NCBI GenBank assembly: GCA_964577395.1
Contig: CAZNYQ010000006.1
Coordinates: forward strand, 7,155 to 71,154
Direction: 5' to 3'
Source: an uncultured Candidatus Saccharibacteria bacterium
GTDB taxonomy: Bacteria > Patescibacteriota > Minisyncoccia > JBAYJV01
Length of the DNA stretch: 64,000 nucleotides
Part shown: piece by piece, positions 1 to 9,284 of the stretch
How positions within the stretch are numbered: the stretch's first letter is position 1
Layout: each line of letters begins with the position of its first letter
Made by a program: the position numbers and the translations under genes
The notes under the pieces: model-generated
Told to the model about the DNA's origin: nothing
Database searches by the model: none
The model's input: the letters and a program-made list of their open reading frames with translations, nothing else

Positions 1-2
1 CT

Positions 3-2168
3 GATATTACCTATGGAACTAATAATGAATTTGGTTTTGATTATTTAAGAGATAATATGGTTTTTGACTTAGATAGACGTGCTCAAAGAGAACATGTCTA
101 TGCCATCATTGATGAAGTAGATTCAATTTTGATTGATGAGGCAAGAACTCCTTTGATCATTTCTCGACCCGATGAGCAATCAAGTGAATTATATAAAAAA
201 GTTAGTGGTTTAATTCCTCGCTTATCTGAGAATACTGACTACAATGTTGATGAAAAAATGCGCGCTGTTAGTCTAACGGAGGAAGGTATTAATCATGTTG
301 AACAGTTTTTAGGGATGAAAGATATTTATAGCGGTAATAACATAGATATTTTGCATCATCTTGAGCAAGCTTTAAAAGCAAATATTCTTTTTAAAAAAGA
401 CAAAGATTATGTTATTAAAGATGGTCAAGTTGTTATTGTTGATGATTTTACGGGTCGCTTGATGCCGGGCAGGCGTTATTCAGAAGGGTTACATCAAGCG
501 ATTGAAGCTAAAGAAGGCGTTGAGATTAAAAGAGAATCTAGAACATTGGCAACCATTACTTTTCAGAACTATTTTAAGCTATATGATAAATTAGCTGGAA
601 TGACAGGCACAGCTACCAGCAGCGCTGAAGAATTTCATAAAGTATATGATTTAGATGTAACTATTATTCCAACTCATAAACCTTTGATTAGAAAAGATAA
701 AGCAGATAGTATTTATCAAACTGAGCAAGGTAAATACAAAGCTATTATTAAAAAAGTTAAGGAAAGTGTTGCTAAAAATCAGCCGGTTTTAATTGGAACA
801 ATTTCAATTGAAAAAAATGAATATTTATCAGCTCTTTTTAAAAAAGAAGGCGTTAAACATAACCTTTTAAATGCTAAACATCATGAACAAGAAGGAGAAA
901 TTATTGCTCAAGCAGGTCAACCTGGCAATGTAACTGTTGCTACTAATATGGCAGGTCGGGGTGTTGATATTGTTTTAGGCGGTAATCCGCCGACTAAAGA
1001 AGCAGCTGACAAAGTAAAAGAAGCAGGTGGTTTGTGTGTTATAGGGACAGAAAGGCATGAAGCTCGCCGGATTGATAATCAATTAAGAGGTCGTTCAGGG
1101 AGGCAGGGTGATCCTGGAGAAAGCCAATTCTTTGTTTCCCTAGAAGATGATTTAATGAGAATTTTTGGGTCCGATAGAATTAAAAATTTAATGGGTAAGT
1201 TTGGGGTACCCGAAGACCAACCTATTGAAAATGCTATGGTTTCTCGCGCTATTGAGTCAGCTCAAGCAAAAATTGAAGGGTTTCACTTTGATGCTCGTAA
1301 GCATGTCTTGGAATATGATAATGTAATGAATGCTCATCGCACAACAATCTATAAGAAAAGGAAAAATATTTTAAAAAGCGATAATTTATTTAAAATATTG
1401 AAAGAGTATTTAAATAAAGAAATTGATGAATTGATTAATGCACTTTTACAAGGCAAGCAGTCGGCTCAATGGCAGATAGAGGAATTATCTGAAGAAGTTC
1501 AAACTTTATTTAATTTAGATAAAAATCTTCATAAAGATTTTATTAATTTAAGCAAGGAAAATCTTCCGCCTGAAAAACAAAAAGAGGAAATGCGCGCTTT
1601 AATTTTTAAATCAAGCGTGGCAAAGATTAAAACCATAAGACAAGAAATGGGAGAAAGTAATTTTAATGATTTTAATAAAGCATTGTTTTTAAGCACGATT
1701 GATTTTTACTGGATGGAACATTTAGATGGTATGAGTCATTTAAGAGATAGTGTTAGATTAAGAGCTTATGGACAAAGGGATCCTTTAGTGGAGTATAAAA
1801 ATGAAGGTTATCAAAGATTCAAAGAGTTGCTTGGCGACATTAGGAACGAAGTACTCAAGAGAATTTTTAGAATTGAGATACGTCCGCAAAATCCTCAAAC
1901 AATTTTTCAAAAACAACCTCAAAATTTTATCCTTAAAGGTGCTGCTAAAACTCAAGATAAAAAACAACAAGATGTTTTTTCTTCCCAGAAAACGCCAGCT
2001 CATCAACCAGCTCAGCAAAGTAATCGTCAGGCAGATGAATTAAAAAAACAAGGTGCTAGAATTGCGCCTAATATTCCTGATAAATTTAGGCATGCAGGCA
2101 GAAATGATCCTTGTCCTTGTGGTTCAGGTAAGAAATATAAAAAATGTTGTTGGGATAAGTATCACTAA
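3..2168 (+). CDS. secA: Preprotein translocase ATPase SecA (5' end lies upstream of the window)
   Basis: Frame is open from base 3 (DITYGTNNEFGFDYLRDNM); motifs IIDEVDSILIDEARTPLIIS, NQLRGRSGRQGDPG and C-terminal SEC-C GRNDPCPCGSGKKYKKCC. Confidence 0.99.
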   Translation, partial: DITYGTNNEFGFDYLRDNMVFDLDRRAQREHVYAIIDEVDSILIDEARTPLIISRPDEQSSELYKKVSGLIPRLSENTDYNVDEKMRAVSLTEEGINHVEQFLGMKDIYSGNNIDILHHLEQALKANILFKKDKDYVIKDGQVVIVDDFTGRLMPGRRYSEGLHQAIEAKEGVEIKRESRTLATITFQNYFKLYDKLAGMTGTATSSAEEFHKVYDLDVTIIPTHKPLIRKDKADSIYQTEQGKYKAIIKKVKESVAKNQPVLIGTISIEKNEYLSALFKKEGVKHNLLNAKHHEQEGEIIAQAGQPGNVTVATNMAGRGVDIVLGGNPPTKEAADKVKEAGGLCVIGTERHEARRIDNQLRGRSGRQGDPGESQFFVSLEDDLMRIFGSDRIKNLMGKFGVPEDQPIENAMVSRAIESAQAKIEGFHFDARKHVLEYDNVMNAHRTTIYKKRKNILKSDNLFKILKEYLNKEIDELINALLQGKQSAQWQIEELSEEVQTLFNLDKNLHKDFINLSKENLPPEKQKEEMRALIFKSSVAKIKTIRQEMGESNFNDFNKALFLSTIDFYWMEHLDGMSHLRDSVRLRAYGQRDPLVEYKNEGYQRFKELLGDIRNEVLKRIFRIEIRPQNPQTIFQKQPQNFILKGAAKTQDKKQQDVFSSQKTPAHQPAQQSNRQADELKKQGARIAPNIPDKFRHAGRNDPCPCGSGKKYKKCCWDKYH

Positions 2169-2223
2169 TACGAACATTTTTTGACGGAAGAGTAAAAATG
2201 TTGTTGGGATAAGTATCATTAAT
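2140..2223 (+). repeat. 30-bp direct repeat of the secA 3' end (2140-2169 and 2194-2223, one mismatch)
   Basis: aaaaatgttgttgggataagtatca(c/t)taat occurs twice, separated by 24 bp. Confidence 0.9.
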
Positions 2224-2290
2224 TAGCCCTTATTGATTTCATGTAATTATTTACTGTGATCAATTAGACTAATTTTAGATATATATAATT

Positions 2291-2323
2291 AAAACAGTCT
2301 ATTTTTATAAGACTGTTTTTTTT
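2291..2323 (+). terminator. Intrinsic terminator after secA
   Basis: aaaacagtct / agactgtttt 10-bp stem followed by a T-run. Confidence 0.75.
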
Positions 2324-2326
2324 ATA

Positions 2327-2365
2327 TTTATCCACTTAATATTAATTTTTTATACGATATAATAA
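2327..2365 (+). repeat. 39-bp promoter-containing direct repeat, copy 1
   Basis: tttatccacttaatattaattttttatacgatataataa; 38/39 identical to 5376-5414; contains TATAAT. Confidence 0.9.
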
Positions 2366-2392
2366 TATGTTTAGTAGTTTGTTTTTTTTAAT

Positions 2393-5320
2393 ATGTTTCA
2401 TCAAGCAAAAAATCATTTTATTATTTCTCTTATTTTAATTTTATCTTTAACGATAGTAGGTTTTTTGATTTTTGATAAGAATGATGTGAGCGCAACAAAC
2501 TTAACCTGCGCTGATTCAGATGGGGGTAAGGATTATTATAGCCAAGGATATGTTTCAGTTGATGACGGATATAACAAAGAATGGGATTTGTGCGCTTATA
2601 ATTCTGATAATGACGAATACTTTCTTTATGAAAATTATTGCGAAGACAATCAATTAAAGACAAAAGCTTATCCTTGTCCAGACGGGTGTACAAAAGGCGC
2701 CTGTGTAAAAAAGGAAAAATTTGTTACTATTACTTCTCCAAATGGAGGAGAAAGACTAAATAATGGGGAAACTTATGATATTACATGGAATTCTCAGGGC
2801 GTGGACAATATCTATATTTCGCTTGTTGCGAAAGATGATTCCATTCAAACCATAGACATAGCATATGATGTGCCTGCCTCCTCAGGTAAATATTCTTGGA
2901 AGGTTAACACATCTTATGAAGGGGAATATAAGATTTACATTAAAGATAGTACCTGTTTGGGTGGCTATTGGCCAAGCGAGAGTCTTTATGATTATAGTGA
3001 TGAATATTTTACTATTATCAGGGATACTAATGATATAATAGATATTGATTTTGAGGTAGTCCAGGTGGAAGGATTTGAAGTTGTTCCAGATATTATTCCT
3101 TATAATGCTTTATTCACAGTTAGATGGAATGCCCCGGGGGCAAGTTATTGTGATGCTGGCGGAGATGCTCTCCCTTTGTCTGAAGAAGACACTGGAATGA
3201 TTGATGACTATGTGATAGAAAATTGGCCTGATTTAACTGTGCTGCCAAATTCAGGCACTAAGACTTTATATGCTCGAGTAAAAACCAGTGGTTATGTTAC
3301 ACCGCTGACAATAAAGATTTTCTGTGGCAATGCTGTTAAAGAGTTAACTGTTGATACGATTTCTTATGAAGTTCCTCTAAATCAACCTGCATGTGGTACT
3401 ATCTCTGTTTCGTCAAATAAAGTAAAGACAGGTGAGCAATTTACTGTTACTGTTAAAGGATCTGATAGTGAAGGGCTAGATAGATTACTCGTGGGTCGTC
3501 CTAATGCCGGATGGATATCTCGTTCAGCTGATGGCGCTACAAATTCCGAAGCTGATTTTGTTTTTTCTGAATCTGAACCAGGAATTTACTATTATGATGG
3601 AGATGTTATCGGTACGCGGCCTAATGGAAGCAGAGACCAAATCAGGACTAACCCCAAGTCTGTTAAAGTAGAAGTGATTGAGGCAGGACAAGAAGTGGTT
3701 GATTGCGCTAAAGAATATGGTGAAGAGTATTGGTGTGGTAGCTACGAAGATTGGCAGAATGAATGTCAAGGAGAAGGCAACACAATTTCTTTAGAGCAAG
3801 GTAATAAAGTTTGCAAAGGAACAGATTGGCCGTTGAGTTATTGTGTTACTTGTAAAAGCGCGCCTCCTGAATTTTATTATCCTCACGATGGTGCCATTCT
3901 TCATACTCTCAACCCCCAATTTATCACGGAAAATGTTAAGGCGGGTAAATATTACCAATTGGGCATATGGCAAGGAGAACAAATTTTACCTGAAGAGCAA
4001 TTACTTACATGGATTAACGCTATTCAAGAAGAATGGGAAGTGAACACAAGTCAGGAAGGTCCAGTTGGACAATTTAAGTGGAATCAAACTTATACCACTG
4101 CTATTAGAGAATGTAACAGTGATAGTTTTTCTAATTGTGACGGATGGACAGATTCGATTATTTTTAGTATTGAGCCAGGGGAAATTGTTTATGAATCAGA
4201 TCAGGGGAAAGATTACTATAATCAAGGATATATTAGCGTAGACGCAGAGGTAATGATAGACGAGTGCTTATGCACAATAAGAAAAAGCGCAAAAGATAGT
4301 AATGTTCTAATAGAATATTATTCTACTGAAGATACTGATAGTCCTGTTGCCCAAATTCAATATGAATGTCCTTATGGTTGTGCGGATGGACGATGTCTTA
4401 AAGAAGAGGAAAAAAGCACAATTTCTACCTGCGTAGATTCAGACGGGGGAAAAGATTATTATACTAAGGGGAAATTGAGCTACGAAAATAACCCCAATAG
4501 GATAACAGAAGAACAGGATACTTGTTTAAATGAAAATTATCTACTTGAAAGATTTTGTGGCGATTCGAAAGATGTTAGTCAAAATCGAGAAAAGTATTTT
4601 TGCGTCTATGGCTGTGAAGATGGGGCATGTATTAAAGAACCTTCAGCCTGTCTTCCCGATGGTACCCTGATAAAACTTCCCAATGATCCCAAGATTTATG
4701 TAATTCAGAACTGTCAGAAAAAATGGATAAGAACTCAGGAAGAGTTTAAACAAAGAGGATATAAATGGGAGGATGTACAAGAAAAACCTTCTGATGTTGT
4801 CAATGCCTACTCTAATTATTTAGAAACTCAAGCCGAATTATTAAAAGCAATTGGTCAAAATAAAGTTTATCGCATTGTTAACGGTAAAAAACTTTTTATT
4901 CCCACTATTGCTGCCTTTAACGCTCAAGGATTAAAATGGGAAGATGTTGAAGATAAATCTACGGTAGAAATCAATCAATATCCTCGTGCTAAGCTTTTAA
5001 AGAGTAAAAACAAAGAAGATATTTATTATATTACTGAATCAGGATTGAGACGCCAAATTCCTAACGACGAAGTCTTTAATTCTTATGGCAATAAATGGGA
5101 AGACGTTCTTGAAGTTGAACAGGATATTATTGAATCTTATGAAGTTTGTAATTTGATTAAACCTGAAAACAGCTATCAAGTTTATAAATTAGAAGGCGAT
5201 ATAAAACGATGGATTAAAACAGCAGATGTTTTTAACAGACTAAGCTATAGCTGGTCAAAAGTTGCTCCGGTGAACGAAGTAGAATTCAATAATTATCAGG
5301 AAGGAGAAGCAATTGATTAG
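2393..5320 (+). CDS. Large membrane-anchored or secreted Cys-rich multidomain surface protein (975 aa)
   Basis: N-terminal hydrophobic segment; three (D/E)SDxGKDYYxxG...CxxGCxxGxC repeats; ITSPNGGE Ig-like module; C-terminal LIK..KVY..KRWI-type repeats. Confidence 0.85.
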   Translation: MFHQAKNHFIISLILILSLTIVGFLIFDKNDVSATNLTCADSDGGKDYYSQGYVSVDDGYNKEWDLCAYNSDNDEYFLYENYCEDNQLKTKAYPCPDGCTKGACVKKEKFVTITSPNGGERLNNGETYDITWNSQGVDNIYISLVAKDDSIQTIDIAYDVPASSGKYSWKVNTSYEGEYKIYIKDSTCLGGYWPSESLYDYSDEYFTIIRDTNDIIDIDFEVVQVEGFEVVPDIIPYNALFTVRWNAPGASYCDAGGDALPLSEEDTGMIDDYVIENWPDLTVLPNSGTKTLYARVKTSGYVTPLTIKIFCGNAVKELTVDTISYEVPLNQPACGTISVSSNKVKTGEQFTVTVKGSDSEGLDRLLVGRPNAGWISRSADGATNSEADFVFSESEPGIYYYDGDVIGTRPNGSRDQIRTNPKSVKVEVIEAGQEVVDCAKEYGEEYWCGSYEDWQNECQGEGNTISLEQGNKVCKGTDWPLSYCVTCKSAPPEFYYPHDGAILHTLNPQFITENVKAGKYYQLGIWQGEQILPEEQLLTWINAIQEEWEVNTSQEGPVGQFKWNQTYTTAIRECNSDSFSNCDGWTDSIIFSIEPGEIVYESDQGKDYYNQGYISVDAEVMIDECLCTIRKSAKDSNVLIEYYSTEDTDSPVAQIQYECPYGCADGRCLKEEEKSTISTCVDSDGGKDYYTKGKLSYENNPNRITEEQDTCLNENYLLERFCGDSKDVSQNREKYFCVYGCEDGACIKEPSACLPDGTLIKLPNDPKIYVIQNCQKKWIRTQEEFKQRGYKWEDVQEKPSDVVNAYSNYLETQAELLKAIGQNKVYRIVNGKKLFIPTIAAFNAQGLKWEDVEDKSTVEINQYPRAKLLKSKNKEDIYYITESGLRRQIPNDEVFNSYGNKWEDVLEVEQDIIESYEVCNLIKPENSYQVYKLEGDIKRWIKTADVFNRLSYSWSKVAPVNEVEFNNYQEGEAID

Positions 5321-5375
5321 TTAGCATAGTAATTAAATAGTTACTAAAAATGTGGTAATTTAGTTATTACATTTT

Positions 5376-5414
5376 TTTATCCACTTAATATTAATTTTAT
5401 ATACGATATAATAA
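5376..5414 (+). repeat. 39-bp promoter-containing direct repeat, copy 2 (upstream of gap)
   Basis: tttatccacttaatattaattttatatacgatataataa; follows a weak hairpin at about 5350-5372. Confidence 0.9.
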
Positions 5415-5463
5415 ATAATTAGGAGGGAGATATCTCTTAAGTTTTGTAATATATATTAAAATT

Positions 5464-6486
5464 ATGATTAAATTAGCTATCAATGGCTTTGGTAGAATTG
5501 GTCGTGCTTTTTTAAAAATTGCTTTAGAAAAAGCAGATGAAGTTGAGATTGTAGCAATTAATGATTTAACAGATGAAAAGAACCTTGCTTATCTTTTAAA
5601 ACACGATACAGTTTATGGAAATTATGATAAAGAAGTGACGCCTTTAGACGAAAATGGCCAAAAATATTTAAAAATTGGTTCTCAAAAAATTCTTAGTTTA
5701 ACCGAGAAAAATCCTGCTCAATTACCGTGGGAGAAATTAAATATTGATGTTGTTATAGAAGCAACAGGCTTTTTTATAGATAATGAAGGTGCTTCGCAAC
5801 ATTTGAAAGCTGGTGCTAAGAGGGTGGTTATTACAGCTCCTGCGAAAGGAGAAATTAAGCATTTACTTTTAGGTAGCAGTGATAAGGAATTTCAACAAGA
5901 CAATTTAGCTAAAATTACATCTAATGGTTCTTGTACGACAAATGCTGTTGCTCCGGTTATGTCAATTTTATCTGAAACTATTGGAGTAAAAAAAGCAGTT
6001 CTTAATACAATTCATTCATATACTTCTACCCAATCTCTTGTTGATGGACCTCATAAAAAGTTACGTCGCGGTAGAGCTGCTGCTCATAATGTTGTCCCAA
6101 CAACTACAGGCGCTGCAATTGTTACCACAAAAGTTGTGCCTAACTTAATGAATAAATTTGACGGCATTGCCTTAAGGGTTCCTACTATATGCGGTTCTAT
6201 TGCAGATATTACCTTTATTGCAGCGAAACCGACCAGTATTGAAGAAATATCAGTTATTTTTCAGAAAGCAGAGAAAGAAGAACGCTGGCAAGGAATTCTT
6301 AAAACTACTCAAGAAGAATTAGTTTCTTCGGATATTATTCAGAGTAAATATGCTTCTATTGTTGATCTTAATATGACTAAAGTAATTGATGGTGACTTAG
6401 TAAAGATTTTAGCTTGGTATGATAATGAATGGGGATATTGTAATACCTTACTTGAACATATTTTACGTGTTTGTAAAGTTTCATGA
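5464..6486 (+). CDS. gap: Type I glyceraldehyde-3-phosphate dehydrogenase
   Basis: AINGFGRIGR, catalytic SNGSCTTN, WYDNEWGY. Confidence 0.98.
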   Translation: MIKLAINGFGRIGRAFLKIALEKADEVEIVAINDLTDEKNLAYLLKHDTVYGNYDKEVTPLDENGQKYLKIGSQKILSLTEKNPAQLPWEKLNIDVVIEATGFFIDNEGASQHLKAGAKRVVITAPAKGEIKHLLLGSSDKEFQQDNLAKITSNGSCTTNAVAPVMSILSETIGVKKAVLNTIHSYTSTQSLVDGPHKKLRRGRAAAHNVVPTTTGAAIVTTKVVPNLMNKFDGIALRVPTICGSIADITFIAAKPTSIEEISVIFQKAEKEERWQGILKTTQEELVSSDIIQSKYASIVDLNMTKVIDGDLVKILAWYDNEWGYCNTLLEHILRVCKVS

Positions 6487-6920
6487 TTTATTTAGGGGCA
6501 GATCATAAAGGATTTCATCTTAAAGAAGCTTTAAAAAAATATTTAAAGGAGCTTGAATTTGACTATATAGATATGGGAAATCAGCAGTATAATCAAGAAG
6601 ATGATTTTCCAGATTTTGGTAAAAGTGTTGCTCGTAAAATAGCCGAAGTGCCTGATAAAAATATGGGAGTTTTAATATGTGGTTCGGGAGTGGGAATGGA
6701 TATTGTAGCTAATAGGCAGACTGGTGTGAGATCTGTTTTGGCTTTTAGTCCTGAACATGCTCAAGCTTCTAAAAAAGAAGATAATACAAATATCTTAAGC
6801 TTAGCAGCTGACTTTTTAACAGAAGAACAAGCTAAGAATATATTATTGGCTTGGCTTGAAGCAGATTTTGACAAAGCACCTAAAAGAATAAGGCGTCTTG
6901 AAAAGATAGAGGAAGTTTAA
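6483..6920 (+). CDS. rpiB: Ribose-5-phosphate isomerase B (RpiB/LacAB family)
   Basis: IYLGADHKG, LICGSGVGMDIVAN, DNTNILSL. Confidence 0.93.
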   Translation: MIYLGADHKGFHLKEALKKYLKELEFDYIDMGNQQYNQEDDFPDFGKSVARKIAEVPDKNMGVLICGSGVGMDIVANRQTGVRSVLAFSPEHAQASKKEDNTNILSLAADFLTEEQAKNILLAWLEADFDKAPKRIRRLEKIEEV

Positions 6921-6924
6921 TTTT

Positions 6925-7485
6925 ATGGAAAAGTTTTATTGTTATGTAGATGAGACAGGTCAGGATACAGCCGGAGAACTATTTTTAGTAGCCGTAGTTC
7001 TTACTGATGAAGAGAAGATAAAAGTAAGGGAACAGCTTTTAGGAATAGAAAATACCAGCAAAAGAAGAAAACTTAAATGGAATAAAACAGACCTAAAAAG
7101 AAAAAGAAAATACCTACATTTATTATTAACAATTCCTTCTGTTCATTGTAAAATATATTTCTCAAATTATAAGAACACGGAGGATTATATGTACCTTACT
7201 GCGTTTACAACAGCTAAAGCAGTTCTTAAAAAAGCAAAAAAAGATTATAAAGTAACAGTCTTAGTAGATGGCCTTAAAAGAAAAGAGGTGAGACAATTTT
7301 CTAGAATATTATATAAATTTGATATCAAAATAAAAAAAGTTCGTGGCATTAAAGATGAAAGCGATGTATTAATAAGATTAGCAGATAGCATGGCTGGCTT
7401 TATTAGGGATGCTATAGAGAAGCAATCTTATACTACAGATATTTATAAAAGATTTTTAGATAAAAATTTTATCAAGAAAGTTTGA
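6925..7485 (+). CDS. DUF3800-family protein (RNase H-like fold, putative nuclease)
   Basis: YCYVDETGQD N-terminal acidic motif, central VLVDG, C-terminal LIRLADSMAG. Confidence 0.8.
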   Translation: MEKFYCYVDETGQDTAGELFLVAVVLTDEEKIKVREQLLGIENTSKRRKLKWNKTDLKRKRKYLHLLLTIPSVHCKIYFSNYKNTEDYMYLTAFTTAKAVLKKAKKDYKVTVLVDGLKRKEVRQFSRILYKFDIKIKKVRGIKDESDVLIRLADSMAGFIRDAIEKQSYTTDIYKRFLDKNFIKKV

Positions 7486-7486
7486 T

Positions 7487-7573
7487 AAAAAGAAAACCCC
7501 CATGGTTAGGGGGAACAATCTATCTTGCTAAAGAGCAAGCACCTGCCATACGGTCAGTATTCGATTGCTATTT
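7487..7573 (-). ncRNA. Candidate structured small RNA convergent with the DUF3800 gene
   Basis: GC-richer island; closing stem AGCAAUC/GAUUGUU encloses two hairpins, then CCCCC/GGGGG hairpin and U-tract; promoter immediately upstream. Confidence 0.65.
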
Positions 7574-7579
7574 AATTAT

Positions 7580-7607
7580 ATTTTAGCGCATAAAAATATT
7601 TTGTCAA
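7580..7607 (-). promoter_or_regulatory. Sigma70-type promoter for the minus-strand RNA
   Basis: Minus strand TTGACA (7607-7602) - 16 nt - TAAAAT (7585-7580). Confidence 0.7.
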
Positions 7608-7806
7608 ATTTTTATAAGTATTAGAAAGAGAAATATTGTTTTGGTAAACAATTAGAAGAAAATATATTGAAAGTATTTTAATTTATTCTAATTATTGAGT
7701 TATTCAATAAATTGGCAATAGAAATAAGAAGTAATGATAAGGTTATATATAAAAATTTTATTATTTTCTTAAGTTGACTTACTTTAAATTAAAAGATTAA
7801 TAAAAC

Positions 7807-8460
7807 ATGGAAATTATTCCCGCAATTTTAGAGACAGATTTTAAAGAATTGCAATCAAAGATTAAAAAAGCTGAATCCCATTTTAAAAGAGCCCAGATTG
7901 ATGTTGGCGATGGTATTTTTGTGCCTGATAAGTTTGGTTGTCTTAATAAAATTACGCAACTTAAGACAGAGATGGAATTAGAATTTCATTTAATGGTAGC
8001 TCAGCCCTGGAAAATTATAGAGCAACTTAAAAAATCTCAATTAAGAAAAGTTAGTTTTCATTACGAAAGTTTTTTTAGCGTTCCTAAAAAGAATCGTACT
8101 TTTGCTATTAATAATTTAATTAACAGTCTTAAAAAGAATAATTATCAGGTCGCTATAGCCCTTAATCCTTTAACTAATCCTTCTTTTATACATGATTTTC
8201 TCGGTAAGATTGATGAAGTCTTAATTTTAGGAGTAACACCTGGTAAGCAAGGGCAAAAATTTCAAGAAGTTGTCTTACGAAAAGTTCAATTTTTAAAAAA
8301 TCTTCAAAATAATCTTTATATTGGTATTGACGGAGGTGTTAATGATAAAAATATTCAAAAAATTGTTCAAACTCAAGTAGATAGAATATATATTGGGAGT
8401 TTTTTATGGAAAGATTTTAAAAAAACTATCCAGTTTTTAAAAGATAAGAAATATTTATGA
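7807..8460 (+). CDS. rpe: Ribulose-phosphate 3-epimerase
   Basis: IIPAIL, QIDVGDGIFVP, EFHLMV, GVTPGKQGQKF, IGIDGGVN. Confidence 0.93.
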   Translation: MEIIPAILETDFKELQSKIKKAESHFKRAQIDVGDGIFVPDKFGCLNKITQLKTEMELEFHLMVAQPWKIIEQLKKSQLRKVSFHYESFFSVPKKNRTFAINNLINSLKKNNYQVAIALNPLTNPSFIHDFLGKIDEVLILGVTPGKQGQKFQEVVLRKVQFLKNLQNNLYIGIDGGVNDKNIQKIVQTQVDRIYIGSFLWKDFKKTIQFLKDKKYL

Positions 8461-9284
8461 CTAATCAAGAATTAAAAAAACTTTCTTACATTGTTAGACA
8501 AGATATTATTAAAATGATTACTAAGGCTGGTTCAGGACATCCGGCTGGTTCTTTGGGCATTGTAGAGATTTTAGTTGTTCTGTATGGACAAATTTTAGAA
8601 CACAGGCCTCAAAAACCAAACTGGTTTGGCAGGGATCGTTTTATTCTATCAGCTGGTCATTTATGCCCAGCTCTTTACTCTGTTTTAGCTAGGCATGGCT
8701 ATTTTGATGTTGAGAAATTAGCAACTTTAAGAGAATTAGGTAGTTTTTTACAGGGTCACCCAGCTCTTACAAAGACAGCTTTTATAGAAGCTTCAACTGG
8801 ATCTCTCGGGCATGGTCTATCAATAGCATGTGGTATGAGCTTAGTAGCTCAAATAGATAAAAAAGATTATGATGTGTGGGTTTTAATGTCAGATGCCGAA
8901 CAACAAGAAGGTGCTGTTTGGGAAGCTGCTATGTTAGCAGATAAATATAAATTAGGTAATTTAAAAGCTATCATAGACTATAATAATATTCAGCTTAGTG
9001 GGGACACTACAGGCATTATGCCTATTGAACCTTTAGAAAAAAAATATGTAAGTTTTGGATGGCAAGTTTTTAAAACTGATGGTCATGACTTAGATGATTT
9101 AAAAAAGGTTTTTTTAAGAGCACAGCAATACGATAACGGCCCTTGCGTTGTTTTAGTAAAAACTGTACCTGGCAAAGGAGTATCTTTTATGGAAGGAAAG
9201 TGGCAATGGCATGGTAGAGCCTTGAGTGCTGAGCAAACCAATGAAGCACTTCGAGAACTTAAAAGTAATTTTGAAAATTCATGA
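8457..9284 (+). CDS. tkt: Transketolase, N-terminal (TPP-binding) subunit
   Basis: GSGHPAGSLG, DRFILSAGH, LQGHP, STGSLGHGLS, MSDAEQQEG. Confidence 0.95.
   Translation: MTNQELKKLSYIVRQDIIKMITKAGSGHPAGSLGIVEILVVLYGQILEHRPQKPNWFGRDRFILSAGHLCPALYSVLARHGYFDVEKLATLRELGSFLQGHPALTKTAFIEASTGSLGHGLSIACGMSLVAQIDKKDYDVWVLMSDAEQQEGAVWEAAMLADKYKLGNLKAIIDYNNIQLSGDTTGIMPIEPLEKKYVSFGWQVFKTDGHDLDDLKKVFLRAQQYDNGPCVVLVKTVPGKGVSFMEGKWQWHGRALSAEQTNEALRELKSNFENS

Noticed and set aside
2140-2223. Repeat-spacer-repeat as a minimal CRISPR array
   Set aside because: Only two copies, the first is secA coding sequence, it is not palindromic, and no cas genes are present
7610-7806. AT-rich spacer as a gene remnant
   Set aside because: No recognisable reading frame or motif beyond a probable rpe promoter
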